From positions 263,752 to 327,751 of the forward strand of contig CAVXTR010000004.1 of assembly GCA_963764705.1 (NCBI GenBank): 64,000 nucleotides of DNA, given 5' to 3'. The number at the start of each line of letters is the position of its first letter. Position 1 is the stretch's first letter. This stretch comes from an uncultured Alphaproteobacteria bacterium. GTDB taxonomy: Bacteria; Pseudomonadota; Alphaproteobacteria; Rhizobiales; Xanthobacteraceae. A program made the translations under genes and the position numbers. The notes under the pieces are model-generated. The model made no database searches and was not told the origin of the DNA. It saw only the letters and a program-made list of their open reading frames with translations. Below, one piece after another: positions 1 to 10,440 of this stretch.

Positions 1-89
1 AGACCGAGGCCCAATACCTGGTCGACGAGGCCGATATCATCGACGAGGTCCGTAAGGTGTTGACGCGCCATGACGTGAAGTGGGGCTAG
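1..89 (+). CDS. 3' end of a CDS entering the window (…TEAQYLVDEADIIDEVRKVLTRHDVKWG*)
   Basis: Open frame with GC3-rich codons ending at TAG 87-89; product not identifiable. Confidence 0.6.
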   Translation, partial: TEAQYLVDEADIIDEVRKVLTRHDVKWG

Positions 90-103
90 CCATTCATCCA
101 GGC

Positions 104-187
104 CGTCATGCCCGGGCTTGTCCCGGCCATCCACGTCATGTTTGATGGAAGAGATCGTGGATGGCCGGGATAAGCCCGACTATCACG
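104..187. repeat. CGTC-tagged palindromic intergenic repeat (REP-like)
   Basis: cgtcatgcccgggcttgtcccggccatccac…gtggatggccgggataagcccg inverted arms; related copy at 32926-33066. Confidence 0.75.
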
Positions 188-213
188 AAGAGAAAAGCAA
201 CGAGGAGACGAGA

Positions 214-417
214 ATGCCTGAGATTACCGTGAGCATGGCCTACGGCCGCACCGACGAACAGAAGGCCGGCATGATGCGCGACATCACGCAGGCGCTGGTA
301 AAGAACCTCGGCGTCGATGCCGATGCGGTCGTGATCCAGATCAACGAAGCGCCACTGGCCCACAAGATGAAGGGCGGCAAGACGTTCGTTGAGCGCGCGG
401 CTGCGGCGAAGAAGTAA
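214..417 (+). CDS. 4-oxalocrotonate tautomerase family protein
   Basis: 67 aa, catalytic N-terminal Pro (MPEITV), GRTDEQK motif; SD gagga upstream. Confidence 0.85.
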   Translation: MPEITVSMAYGRTDEQKAGMMRDITQALVKNLGVDADAVVIQINEAPLAHKMKGGKTFVERAAAAKK

Positions 418-466
418 TTCTCGTCGTCCCGGCGTTCGCCGGGACGACGCGATTGATGGAATCCCC

Positions 467-862
467 ATGGACGCACGCGACGTCATCAAGATCGGCATGA
501 GCGCCGAGCGCATGCTGGTGGTGCCGATCGAGCGCACGGTCGGGCATTTCGTGCCTGGCATGCCGATGGTCTATGCGACGCCGATGATGATCCTGGAAAT
601 GGAGCTGGCATCGGGCGATGCGATCCGCGGCCATCTGCAGCCGGGCTGGGTCACGGTCGGCACCGAGGTCGATATCCGCCATCTCGGCGCGTCGCTGGTC
701 GGCTCAACGGTGCGGACCACCGCAAAGGTCATCGCGGTGGAGCGCCGCGTGATCCGCTTCGAGGTCGAAGCCTTCGAGGGCGAGCGCAAGATCGGCGACG
801 GCCGCCATGCGCGCGGCCTCGTCAATGTCGAGACGTTCACGAAGCGGCTGGCGGGGAAGTAA
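467..862 (+). CDS. Hot-dog fold thioesterase (FlK/fluoroacetyl-CoA thioesterase-like)
   Basis: VYATPMMILEME, TVGTEVDIRH and GRHAR motifs. Confidence 0.8.
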   Translation: MDARDVIKIGMSAERMLVVPIERTVGHFVPGMPMVYATPMMILEMELASGDAIRGHLQPGWVTVGTEVDIRHLGASLVGSTVRTTAKVIAVERRVIRFEVEAFEGERKIGDGRHARGLVNVETFTKRLAGK

Positions 863-884
863 TCGCTCTAACCGCACACTCATC

Positions 885-980
885 CGTCATCCTGAGGTGC
901 GCGCTCTTGCGCGCCTCGAAGGATGGGCCACGGGCATATTCATCCTTCGAGGCTCGCTTCGCTCGCACCTCAGGATGACG
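885..980. repeat. CGTC-tagged palindromic repeat between convergent genes
   Basis: cgtcatcctgaggtgcg…cctcgaaggatg / catccttcgagg…cgcacctcaggatgacg. Confidence 0.75.
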
Positions 981-992
981 GAGAGACTCGTA

Positions 993-1830
993 TTACTTCG
1001 CCAGATCCTTCGAGCGCTGCGTCGCCGCGGCGACCGCGCGCGTCAGCAGCGTCTGCATGCCGTTCGGTCCCATCAGCACTTCCAGCGCGGCGGCGGTGGT
1101 GCCGCCGGGCGAGGTGACGTTCTGGCGCAGTGTCGTGGCCGACAGCTCCGAGCGATGCAGCAACTCGCCGGAGCCGGCGACGGTTTCGCGCGCCAGTTTG
1201 GTCGCGAGTTCCGCCGGCAGGCCGGCGGCGACGCCGGCGCGCGCGAGTTCTTCGGCGAGCAGGAACACGTAGGCCGGTCCCGAGCCGGACACGGCGGTCA
1301 CCGCGTCCATCAGGCTTTCCTTGTCGACCCATTCGACCGAGCCGGTGGCGCGCAGCAGCGCGTCCGCGACCGCGCGCTGGGCGGCGCTGACGTTCTTCGC
1401 CGCGACCGCGACCGTGATGCCGCGGCCGATCGCCGCCGGCGTGTTCGGCATGGCGCGAACCACGCTGCCGCCGCAGAACCGTTTCGAGCGCGGCGATCGG
1501 CGTGCCCGCCATGATCGAGACCACCAGCGTCGACGGGCCGACGAACGGCTTCAACAAGGCGCCGGCTTCGCGGAACGATTGCGGTTTCACCGCGACCACC
1601 AGCGTGTCGACTTCGCCGGCGTCCTTGGCCGATGGGTTGAGGCGGATGCCCTGGGCGGTCAGCGCGCTGATCTCGGCGGACGGATGCGGCTCGATCACCA
1701 CCACGCGTTTGGCGTCGAGCCCCTGCGCCAGCCAGCCGGTCAGCATCGCGCCGCCCATCTTGCCGGCGCCGGCAAGGGCGATGGTGCCGTGGACGTTTTG
1801 AAGGGCGTTGGTATTGATCACTGAAGTCAC
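993..1830 (-). CDS. proC: Pyrroline-5-carboxylate reductase (apparent 1-nt frameshift near 1477, probably assembly error; start codon approximate)
   Basis: GAGKMGGA Rossmann motif, VAVKPQ and SIMAG in one frame; RAMPNTP, AVSGSGPAY and VTSPGGTT in the next. Confidence 0.9.
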
Positions 1831-1843
1831 CGCAAATAACTGT

Positions 1844-1993
1844 GTCGTCCCGGCCGGATGCGCGATTGCGCATCTGGAGCCGGGACCCATAACCACCAGC
1901 GGTTCTAGTGAAGCAGGAGAGGGGCGACAAGCCGTTTGCTGGAGCCGGGAGGCGTATGGGTCCCGGGTCGCGCTTCGCTTGCCCGGGGCGACG
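1844..1993. repeat. Palindromic intergenic repeat
   Basis: gtcgtcccggcc…ccgggacccata / tatgggtcccgg…ccggggcgac arms. Confidence 0.65.
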
Positions 1994-1997
1994 AAGT

Positions 1998-2498
1998 CTA
2001 CGCCTCGCCCTCGGTGTCGAACATCGCCGCACTCATGGCCTCCGCGGCGGTCTTGCCGGCCCAGACCACGAACTGGAACGCGGGGTAATAGCGTTCGCAG
2101 CCGTGGATGGCGCCGACCAGCATCGCCTCGCATTGCGCGGACGAGGCGGTCAGCCCGCCCGGCAACAGCAGCGCCTGCCGGTACATGACCATGCCGGTGT
2201 GGGTCCAGATGTCGAAATGGCCGACCCATAATTGTTCGTTGATCGCCGCGATCAGCCGCTGCACTTCGCCGCGCCGCGCCGGCGGAATCTTCATGTCGAA
2301 GGCGCAGGCCAGATGCAGCGCCTCGATCTCGGGCATCCAGGTGAAGGAGAGCTGATAGTCGGTCCAGCTGCCCTTGGAGACGATCGTGACTTCGTCTTCG
2401 CCGGAACGCTCGAACGCCCAGTTGTTATCGGCGGCGATATCCTCGACCACCGCGAGCGGGTTGTTCCGGGAATCGATAGTGCCTTCGAGGAGGGACAT
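1998..2498 (-). CDS. YbjN domain-containing protein
   Basis: 166 aa; INEQLWVGHFDIW and CERYYPAFQFVVWAGK typical of the alphaproteobacterial YbjN gene next to proC. Confidence 0.8.
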   Translation of the reverse strand: MSLLEGTIDSRNNPLAVVEDIAADNNWAFERSGEDEVTIVSKGSWTDYQLSFTWMPEIEALHLACAFDMKIPPARRGEVQRLIAAINEQLWVGHFDIWTHTGMVMYRQALLLPGGLTASSAQCEAMLVGAIHGCERYYPAFQFVVWAGKTAAEAMSAAMFDTEGEA

Positions 2499-2808
2499 TC
2501 CGTCTCGACCTTGTTCTTTGAATTCTTTTGATACGCAAACGGAGAGCGGCACGCGTTGAACTGATACGTCGCGGCCGGCTGCAATCCCCTGATCGTCTTG
2601 ATCGTGCCGGGGTCTGCCGGGCTCAAGTGATGTGATTTGCGGAATCCGCGCAACTCACCCAAGAGTCCGTCCACAGGCCAAAACAACGTCGTCCACAGTT
2701 CATCACTGTCACGCGCGTTAACTTTTGGAACAAACCGGAATCGGATTCACACAAGCGTGAATCCGGCACGCTGCTACGCCTTCGGTGGGCCAGCCTGCCG
2801 CCATAATG

Positions 2809-2824
2809 GTTAATTTTTTCTTAA
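2809..2824 (-). promoter_or_regulatory. Putative CtrA box (TTAA-N7-TTAAC)
   Basis: Minus strand reads TTAA-GAAAAAA-TTAAC, upstream of the ybjN-like gene. Confidence 0.55.
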
Positions 2825-2840
2825 AGCTCGATTGGCGGTC

Positions 2841-3003
2841 ATGTTCGCCGGATGCTGCGCAGCGCGCCGCCCTTGCGGCGTGGTGCGCTGCTGATCCGGG
2901 GTCCATGCGCTCTGCAGCTGTGGGTCCCGGTTCTGCGGAGCCATAGCGCGGCGAAGACGCGCGTGAACGCGCTTATGACGCGCTGCACCGCGCCCGGGAC
3001 ATG
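2841..3003. repeat. Palindromic intergenic repeat (same family as 29091-29204)
   Basis: ccggatgctgcgcagcg…gtgcgctgctgatccgggg / gggtcccggttctgcggagc…cgctgcaccgcgcccgggaca. Confidence 0.75.
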
Positions 3004-3014
3004 TGAGACGTGGC

Positions 3015-3993
3015 TTACTCCGGCTTGATGCCGGCGGTGCGGACCACCTTGCCCCACTTCTCGGTCTCTTCCGCGATCAGCTTGCCGAAATCGGCCGGTG
3101 AGCCCGGCATCGTCTCGCCGCCGATGGCGGCGAGCTTCGCCTTCATGCCGGGGTCGGCGATCGCGACATTGATTTCCTTGTTGAGCTTGTCGACGATCTC
3201 GGCGGGCGTGTTCTTCGGCGCCGCGAAGCCGTACCACTGGCTGGCTTCATAGCCCGCTACGGAATCCCCGACGGTCGGAACATCGGGCAATTCGGGCATC
3301 CGCGCGGCCGTCGTCACCGCCAGCGCGCGCAGCTTGCCGGTCTTGACGTAGTCGGCGGTGCCGGGCGCCGCGGCGAACAGGATCTGCACCTGGCCGCCGA
3401 GCAGATCGGTCATCGCCGGACCCTGGCCGCGATAGGGGACGTGGACCATGTCGACGCCGGTCATCATCTTGAACAGTTCGCCCGCCATGTGCGGCGCGCT
3501 GCCGCTGCCGGCCGAGGCCATGTTGATCTTGCCCGGATTGGCTTTGGCGTAAGCGATGAACTCGGCAATCGTCTTCGCCGGAACGTCCGGGTGGACCAGC
3601 ACGACCATCGGCACCCGGATCACGCCGGCCACCGGCGCGATGTCGCGCACGAAATTGAATTTGAGGTTGTCGTAGAGCGAGGCGTTGACCGCGTTCGGGA
3701 CGGTGGCGAGCAGCAGCGTGTAGCCGTCGGCGGCCGAGTTGACGACGGCTTCGGTGCCGATATTGCCGCCGGCGCCGGTGCGGTTCTCGACCACGAAGGG
3801 TTGCGCCAGATGATCGGCCAGCCACTGGCCGATCAGGCGCGCGGTGATGTCGACGCCGCCGCCGGCGGCGAAGCCGGCGATGATGCGGGTCGGCCGGGTC
3901 GGATAATCGAGCGCGAACGCGAAGCTGCGGCAAAGCGGGTGCGGCGATCGCGCTTGCGGCGAGTTTAAGGAAATTGCGGCGGAGAAGTTTCAT
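3015..3993 (-). CDS. Bug/TctC tripartite tricarboxylate transporter substrate-binding protein (apparent frameshift near 3929)
   Basis: Tat-like MKLLRRNFLKLAA; DYPTRPTRIIAGFAAGGGVD, VVENRTGAGGNIG, HVPYRGQGPA. Confidence 0.85.
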
Positions 3994-4169
3994 GCTGTTG
4001 CGCCCCCTGTTGGCGACAAGGCTATCCCAGTTGCCGTGACCTGAGTAAAGGCCGGGACATGCCCTGTCCCGGGGGCATGGGGACATGCCGTTTCCCGATG
4101 CCAAAAGTGCTTGCCCGGGTGTCGGCATTTCCTCATATTCGCATCGCAGGTCGTCCATTCCGGGCGGCC

Positions 4170-4330
4170 GATGTTCTCAGGGCGGGGCGAAAATCCCCAC
4201 CGGCGGTAAGGGTGACGTAGCCCAAGCCCGCGAGCGCCTTCTTCCACGGGGAAGTTTCCCTTTGGAAGAAGGGTCAGCAGATTCGGTGTGATTCCGAAGC
4301 CGACGGTTAAAGTCCGGATGAAAGAGAACG
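4170..4330 (+). ncRNA. FMN riboswitch (RFN element)
   Basis: Conserved blocks AGGGCGGGGCGAAAATCCCCACCGGCGGTA, AGCCCGCGAGCG, GTCAGCAGATTCGGTG…ATTCCGAAGCCGACGGTTAAAGTCCGGATGAAAGAG directly upstream of ribH. Confidence 0.95.
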
Positions 4331-4410
4331 GTTGCGGCGGGCCTCGCGCGTTTGCGCGTGGCTCATGGTCGTTCCGTGTGCCCTGATTCTGGTCCTGAAA
4401 GAGGAAAGCC

Positions 4411-4992
4411 ATGAATCAGATGTTGCAAGAGCCTGAAGTCAAATCCCAAACCGAAACTTCCGAAACCGGCCACGCGCCGGATACGCCTGTGCGTCCGCCG
4501 GCGCCCAGCCATCCGCGTTTCGTCAAGCCGCAGCGGGTCGCCTTCGTGCAGGCGTCCTGGCATCGCGACGTGGTCGAGGAATGCCGCATCGCCTTCCTCG
4601 CGGAGATCGAGGCGCGCCATATCTCGCGCGCGCAGGTCGATCTGTTCGAGGTGCCGGGTTCGTTCGAGATCCCGCTGCATGCGCAACTGCTGGCCAAGAC
4701 CCGGCGCTACACCGCGATCGTCGCGGCAGGGCTCGTGGTCGATGGCGGCATCTACCGCCACGAATTCGTCGCCGACACCGTGATCAAGGCGCTGATGGAC
4801 GTGCAGTTGAAGACCGAAGTGCCGGTCTTCTCGGCGGTGCTGACGCCGCAGCAATTCCACGAGAGCGCGGTGCATCACGACTTCTTCCGTAAACATTTCG
4901 TCATCAAGGGCATCGAGGTCGCGGAAGCCTGCGCCAACACGCTGCACAGCCTGGAACGGCTGAAAGGCCAGGTCGCGGCGGGGATTGTGTAA
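4411..4992 (+). CDS. ribH: 6,7-dimethyl-8-ribityllumazine synthase, type II (RibH2-like)
   Basis: VQASWH, VPGSFEIPL, VVDGGIYRHEFVA, VPVFSAVLTP motifs; FMN riboswitch upstream. Confidence 0.92.
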   Translation: MNQMLQEPEVKSQTETSETGHAPDTPVRPPAPSHPRFVKPQRVAFVQASWHRDVVEECRIAFLAEIEARHISRAQVDLFEVPGSFEIPLHAQLLAKTRRYTAIVAAGLVVDGGIYRHEFVADTVIKALMDVQLKTEVPVFSAVLTPQQFHESAVHHDFFRKHFVIKGIEVAEACANTLHSLERLKGQVAAGIV

Positions 4993-5012
4993 TTCCGAGC
5001 TTGTTTTCGAAC

Positions 5013-5053
5013 GGAACGCCCGCCCCGCACAGAAATGGCGGGGCGGGCGTTCG
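5013..5053. terminator. Hairpin downstream of ribH
   Basis: gaacgcccgccccgc-acagaaatg-gcggggcgggcgttc; no clear U tract. Confidence 0.5.
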
Positions 5054-5177
5054 CTCGCCGGGAAAACGCGTCCGATAATAAGCGCGATCAATCGATCGAT
5101 TGTCATTTCCGATGCCGCACCTGTAAAGTCGGCGGCGGGAGGAGGCCGGCCCGTGGAGACGGGCGGCCGAGACGATC

Positions 5178-6383
5178 ATGTTCGAAGGACACGATCCCTA
5201 TCTCGTCGCGCTCTCGGTGGTGATCGCGATTCTGGGAGGTTACACCGGCTTCGGCCTCACCGCGCGCATCCGCGGGACGCCGGACGCTGGTCATCGCCTG
5301 CTGTTGGCCGGCGCCGCGTTCTTTCTCGCCATCGGCATCTGGACCATGCACTTCGTCGGCATGCTGGCGGCGCCGTTGCCGCCGGGCACGGTCTATCTGG
5401 TGCTGCCGACCATCATCTCGTTCCTGATCTGCGCGCTGGTGGTCGGCATTTCCCTGTTCTTTGTCAGCGTCGGCGAGCCGCCGGTGTCGCGCGTGCTGTC
5501 CTCGGCGGTGCTGCTCGGGGTCGGGATCGCCAGCATGCATTATGTCGGCATGCACGGACTATCCGGCGATTTCGCCATGACCCATGACACCGCCATGGTC
5601 GCGCTGTCGGTCGTGATCGCGATCGCCGCCGCCTATGGCGGCCTGCGCGCGTTCCTGGCGCGGCAGGGCGGCGTGCAACTGGCGCTGAGCGCGGTCGCGT
5701 TCGGCGTCGCGGTGTCGGGCATGCACTACACGGCGATGGCCGGCATGCATCTGGTTCCGCCGTCGGAAGGCATGCATCACCACATCGAGGGACTGGCGGC
5801 GTCGTCGCAAATGCTGTCGCTGGTGGTGGCGCTGCTTTGCTTCGTGATCGCCGCGGGTTTTCTGCTGTCGCTGGTGCCGGATCCGCGCAGGAAGGCCGCG
5901 ATGGACGCGGTCGCCGCCATTCCCGCAGGCGGCGGCTGACGGAAATCCCGCCGGCTGACGCCAGCGCCGTCGCCCACCAGTCCGCGGCTGCGGCCGACCC
6001 CGCTCGGCGGCATCGGCCAGCCGCCCCGCGCGGCGCCGGCGCCACGGCTGCCGGTCGAAGGCGCCGACGGCACCCATTTCATCGACAGCGCCGATGTCCG
6101 GAGCGTCCGCGCCGACGCCCATTATACCAAGGTCCATGACGGCACCCGGGAGCGGATGTGCCCGTGGTCGATCTCGGAGGCCGAAGCCCAGCTCGACCCC
6201 GGCCTGTTCGTCCGGGTGCACCGCAGCCATATCGTCGCGATCCCGCATGTCACGCTGGTGCGCAAGGAAGGCGACGGCGCGATCGTGGAACTCGACGGCC
6301 CGTCGCCGCACCGGGTGCCGGTGAGCCGCGCCAAGATCGCCGAGGTCAAGGCCCGGCTCGGACTGGCCCGGCGGCACGCCTGA
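5178..6383 (+). CDS. MHYT + LytTR membrane regulator (CoxC/CoxH-like), interrupted by an in-frame TGA at 5937-5939
   Basis: Three MHYT motifs (MHFVGM, MHYVGM, MHYTAM); same frame resumes with LytTR (ADAHYTKVH, FVRVHRSHIV, VPVSR); directly upstream of coxM. Confidence 0.8.
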
Positions 6384-6406
6384 GGCAGTTAGGTCGCCCA
6401 TCCTGA

Positions 6407-6440
6407 CGCATTTCGTGCGCGAAACTCCGCATCTCGTGCG
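6407..6440 (+). promoter_or_regulatory. Direct repeat with 21-bp period upstream of coxM, candidate LytTR operator
   Basis: CGCATTTCGTGCG (6407-6419) and CGCATCTCGTGCG (6428-6440). Confidence 0.55.
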
Positions 6441-6554
6441 AATTCCCTCAGTTTGTGACCTCCGGCTTGCAGGCGCGAAACGCCGGGAGAGAGCGTCCGC
6501 GTCCAACGTCCGCATGCCCCGTAAGGGACCATCAAGGACGAATGGAGGAGACGA

Positions 6555-7418
6555 ATGATCCCTGGACCATTCAGTTATCACCGGCCGGCAACCGTCGCCG
6601 ACGCGGTCAATTTGCTGTCGTCCCTGGGCGACGAGGCCCGGCCGCTGGCCGGCGGCCACAGCCTGGTCCCGATGATGAAGCTCCGGCTCGCCACGCCCGA
6701 GCATCTGGTCGACCTGCACGGCGTCGCCGCGCTCAAGGGCATCTCCCGCAACGGCAACACGATCGTGATCGGCGCCATGACCACCCAGCACGAACTGCTG
6801 GCGTCCGACGAGATCGGCAAGTCGTTGCCGATCCTGCATGAAACCGCGTTGCTGATCGCCGATCCGCAGGTGCGCTATCGCGGCACCATCGGCGGCAACG
6901 TCGCCAATGGCGATCCCGGCAACGACATGCCGGCGCTGATGATGACGCTCGGCGCGAGCTACCGGCTCGAAGGCAAGTCCGGCGCCCGCGACGTCGCGGC
7001 AACCGAGTTCTACCAGGGCGCCTATTTCACGGCGCTCGAGCCCGGCGAACTCCTGACCTCGATCTCCGTTCCGGTGCCGGCGGCCGGCCACGGCTACGCC
7101 TACGAAAAGCTGAAGCGCAAGGTCGGCGATTACGCCACCGCGGCGGCGGCCGTGGTGCTGACGATGGCAGGCGGCAAGGTCGCGACCTGCGCGATCGGCC
7201 TCACCAACCTCTCCGAGACGCCGCTGCTGGCGACCGATGCCGCGAAAGCCGTCATCGGCACCAGCCTCGATCCGGCCACGCTGAAGAAAGCTGCCGCCGC
7301 GGCGGAAGCCATCATGGCGCCGGCCGCGGATGCACGCGGCCCGGTCGAATACCGCAAACATGTCGGCGGCATCATGGTGATGCGGGCGCTGTCGCGCGCC
7401 GCTGCCGGCGCCAGGTAA
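6555..7418 (+). CDS. coxM: Aerobic CO dehydrogenase medium (FAD) subunit
   Basis: [30 protein letters not shown]; first gene of an M-S-L order. Confidence 0.93.
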   Translation: MIPGPFSYHRPATVADAVNLLSSLGDEARPLAGGHSLVPMMKLRLATPEHLVDLHGVAALKGISRNGNTIVIGAMTTQHELLASDEIGKSLPILHETALLIADPQVRYRGTIGGNVANGDPGNDMPALMMTLGASYRLEGKSGARDVAATEFYQGAYFTALEPGELLTSISVPVPAAGHGYAYEKLKRKVGDYATAAAAVVLTMAGGKVATCAIGLTNLSETPLLATDAAKAVIGTSLDPATLKKAAAAAEAIMAPAADARGPVEYRKHVGGIMVMRALSRAAAGAR

Positions 7419-7428
7419 GGGGGAAACA

Positions 7429-7930
7429 ATGGCAAAAACCCACGTCACCATGAAGGTGAACGGCGCCGAGGTCGAAGGCCTCGTCGAACCGCGCACGCTG
7501 CTGGTGCATTTCATCCGCGAAAATCTGCAGATGACCGGCACCCATATCGGCTGCGAGACCACCCATTGCGGCGCCTGCACGTCGATATCGACGGCATGTC
7601 GGTGAAATCCTGCACCATGTTCGCGGTGCAGGCGCAGGGCTGCCGACATCATGACCATCGAAGGCGTGGCCAATGCCGACGGCACGCTGTCGGCGCTTGC
7701 AGGAAGGCTTTCGGATGATGCACGGGCTGCAATGCGGCTTCTGCACCCCCGGCATGATCCTACGCGCGCAGCGGCTGTTGAAGGAAAATCCGTCACCGAC
7801 CGAGGCCGAAATCCGGATGGGCATATCAGGCAATTTCTGCCGCTGCACCGGCTACCAGAACATCGTCAGGGCGATCCAGTACGCCGCCGCCAAGATCAAT
7901 GGCGTTGAATTCCAGGAGGCTGCGGAATGA
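7429..7930 (+). CDS. coxS: Aerobic CO dehydrogenase small (2Fe-2S) subunit; three apparent indels (~7580, ~7641, ~7698)
   Basis: [40 protein letters not shown] spread over three frames; ATGA overlap with coxL. Confidence 0.88.
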
Positions 7931-10347
7931 ACGACATGACTCCCACGCGGGAACAACGCGAAGCCAAACTCGAAGGCATGGGCTGCAAGCGCAAGCGGGT
8001 CGAGGATATCCGCTTCACGCAAGGCAGGGGCAATTACGTCGACGACGTCAAATTGCCGGGCATGCTGCATGGCGATTTCGTCCGCTCGCCGCACGCGCAT
8101 GCGCGCGTCAAGTCGATCAACTCCGACGAGGCGCTGAAGGTGCCGGGCGTGCTCGCCGTCATCACCGCCGAGACGCTGAAGACCGTCAACCTCGCCTGGA
8201 TGCCGACGCTCGCCGGCGACGTCCAGATGGTGCTGGCCGACGGCAAGGTGCTGTTCCAGAATCAGGAAGTCGCCTTCGTGGTCGCGACCGACCGCTATGC
8301 CGCCGACGACGGCATCAACAAGGTCGTGGTCGAATACGAGCCACTGCCGCCGCTGATCGATCCGTTCAAGGCGATGGATGCCGATGCGCCGGTGCTGCGC
8401 GAGGACCTCGCCGGCAAGATGACCGGCGCGCACGGGCCGCGCAAGCATCACAACCACATCTTCGAGTGGACCGTCGGCGACAAGGATCTCACCGACGCCG
8501 CGTTCAAGAAGGCGGACGTCACCATCAAGGAGATGATCTCCTATCACCGCACCCATCCGTCGCCGCTGGAAACCTGCCAGTGCGTCTGCTCGTTCGACAA
8601 GATCAAGGGCGAGTTGACGATCTGGGGCACCTTCCAGGCGCCGCACGTGATCCGCACGGTGGTGGCGCTGATCGCGAAAATTCCCGAGCACAAGATCCAC
8701 GTCATCGCCCCCGACATCGGCGGCGGTTTCGGCAACAAGGTCGGCGCCTATCCCGGCTATATCTGCGCGGCGGTCGCCTCCATCGTCACCGGCAAGCCGG
8801 TGAAGTGGGTCGAGGACCGCATCGAGAACCTGACCGCGACGTCGTTTGCGCGCGACTACCACATGACCACCGAAATCGCCGCGACCAAGGAAGGCAAGGT
8901 CACCGGTCTTCGCGTGCACGTGCTGGCCGATCACGGCGCGTTCGACGCCTGCGCCGATCCGTCGAAATGGCCGGCCGGCTTCTTCAACATCGTGACGGGA
9001 TCGTATGACTTCCCGACCGCGCATCTGTCGGTGGACGGCATCTACACCAACAAGGCGCCGGGCGGCGTCGCCTACCGCTGTTCGTTCCGCGTCACCGAGG
9101 CGGCGTACTGCATCGAGCGCGGCATGGATATTCTGGCGCAGAAGCTGGGGATGGATCCGGCCGAGCTGCGGCTGAAGAACTTCATCAAGGCGGAGCAGTT
9201 TCCGTATCACTCGGCGCTGGGCTGGGAATACGATTCCGGCGACTACCATACGGCCATGCGCAAGATGATGGAGACGGTCGACTATGCCGGCCTGCGCAAG
9301 GAGCAGGCGGAAAAGCGCGCGGCGTTCAAGCGCGGCGAGACCCGCGAGATCATGGGGCTCGGCGTGTCGTTCTTCACCGAGATCGTCGGCGCCGGTCCCT
9401 CGAAGAATTGCGACATCCTCGGCATTGCGATGTTCGATTCCTGCGAGATCCGCATGCATCCGACCGGCGCGGGCATTGCCCGCGTCGGCTCCAAGAGCCA
9501 GGGCCAGGGCCACGAGACCACCTGGGCCCAGATCATCGCCACCGAAATCGGCATTCCCGCCGACGACATCATGGTCGAGGAAGGCAATACCGACACCGCG
9601 CCTTACGGGCTCGGCACCTACGGTTCGCGCTCGACGCCGGTCGCGGGTGCCGCGATCGCGATGGCGGCGCGAAAGATCAAGGCCAAGGCGCAGATGATCG
9701 CGGCCTACAAGCTCGAAGTGCACGAGGGCGACCTCGAATGGGATATCGACGGTTTCCGCGTCAAGGGCCTGCCGGAGAAGTCGATGTCGATGAAGGACAT
9801 CTGCTGGGCGGCCTATAACTCGGTGCCGCCGGGCATGGAGCCGGGTCTGGAGGCGGTGAGCTATTACGATCCGCCCAACATGACCTATCCGTTCGGTGCG
9901 TATATCTGCGTGATGAACATCGACGTCGATACCGGCGTCTACAAGGTCAGGCGCTTCTACGCGCTGGACGATTGCGGCACCCGCATCAACCCGATGATCA
10001 TCGAGGGCCAGGTGCATGGCGGATTGACCGAAGCCTTCGCGATCGCGATGGGCCAGGAGATCCGCTACGACGACGAAGGCAACGTGGTGACCGGCTCGTT
10101 CATGGACTTCTTCATGCCGACCGCGGTCGAGACCCCGCATTGGGAAACCGACTTCACCGTCACCCCGTCGCCGCATCACCCGATCGGCGCCAAGGGCGTC
10201 GGCGAAAGCCCGAATGTCGGCGGCGTGCCGGCGTTCTCCAACGCCGTCAACGACGCCTTCTCGTTCCTGGGGTCCACCCACATCCAGATGCCGCATGACT
10301 TCTGGCGCAACTGGAAGGCGGCGAAGAATTTGGGAGTGTTTGCGTAA
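7927..10347 (+). CDS. coxL: Aerobic CO dehydrogenase large (Mo-Cu) subunit, form I
   Basis: 806 aa intact; active-site loop VAYRCSFR; IGGGFGNKV and GQGHET motifs. Confidence 0.96.
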   Translation: MNDMTPTREQREAKLEGMGCKRKRVEDIRFTQGRGNYVDDVKLPGMLHGDFVRSPHAHARVKSINSDEALKVPGVLAVITAETLKTVNLAWMPTLAGDVQMVLADGKVLFQNQEVAFVVATDRYAADDGINKVVVEYEPLPPLIDPFKAMDADAPVLREDLAGKMTGAHGPRKHHNHIFEWTVGDKDLTDAAFKKADVTIKEMISYHRTHPSPLETCQCVCSFDKIKGELTIWGTFQAPHVIRTVVALIAKIPEHKIHVIAPDIGGGFGNKVGAYPGYICAAVASIVTGKPVKWVEDRIENLTATSFARDYHMTTEIAATKEGKVTGLRVHVLADHGAFDACADPSKWPAGFFNIVTGSYDFPTAHLSVDGIYTNKAPGGVAYRCSFRVTEAAYCIERGMDILAQKLGMDPAELRLKNFIKAEQFPYHSALGWEYDSGDYHTAMRKMMETVDYAGLRKEQAEKRAAFKRGETREIMGLGVSFFTEIVGAGPSKNCDILGIAMFDSCEIRMHPTGAGIARVGSKSQGQGHETTWAQIIATEIGIPADDIMVEEGNTDTAPYGLGTYGSRSTPVAGAAIAMAARKIKAKAQMIAAYKLEVHEGDLEWDIDGFRVKGLPEKSMSMKDICWAAYNSVPPGMEPGLEAVSYYDPPNMTYPFGAYICVMNIDVDTGVYKVRRFYALDDCGTRINPMIIEGQVHGGLTEAFAIAMGQEIRYDDEGNVVTGSFMDFFMPTAVETPHWETDFTVTPSPHHPIGAKGVGESPNVGGVPAFSNAVNDAFSFLGSTHIQMPHDFWRNWKAAKNLGVFA

Positions 10348-10356
10348 CTCTCTCGA

Positions 10357-10431
10357 TCGTCATCCCGGGATGGTCCGAAGGACCGACCCGGAAGTCGAGA
10401 TCCGGGTTCGATGCCGATCGCCGGAATGACA
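10357..10431. repeat. CGTC-tagged palindromic repeat inside the cox cluster
   Basis: cgtcatcccggg…cccggaa…ccgggttc…ccggaatgac; partial relative near 34105-34150. Confidence 0.55.
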
Positions 10432-10440
10432 GGGACAACA

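Noticed and set aside
7429-7930. Programmed frameshifting in coxS, coxD or coxF
   Set aside because: Shift sites share no sequence motif and differ in direction; assembly error is simpler.
5559-10296. Very long minus-strand ORFs (745 aa and 814 aa) opposite the cox genes
   Set aside because: Antisense shadows of GC3-biased genes; no motifs. The same applies to shadows over prs, ychF and uvrB.
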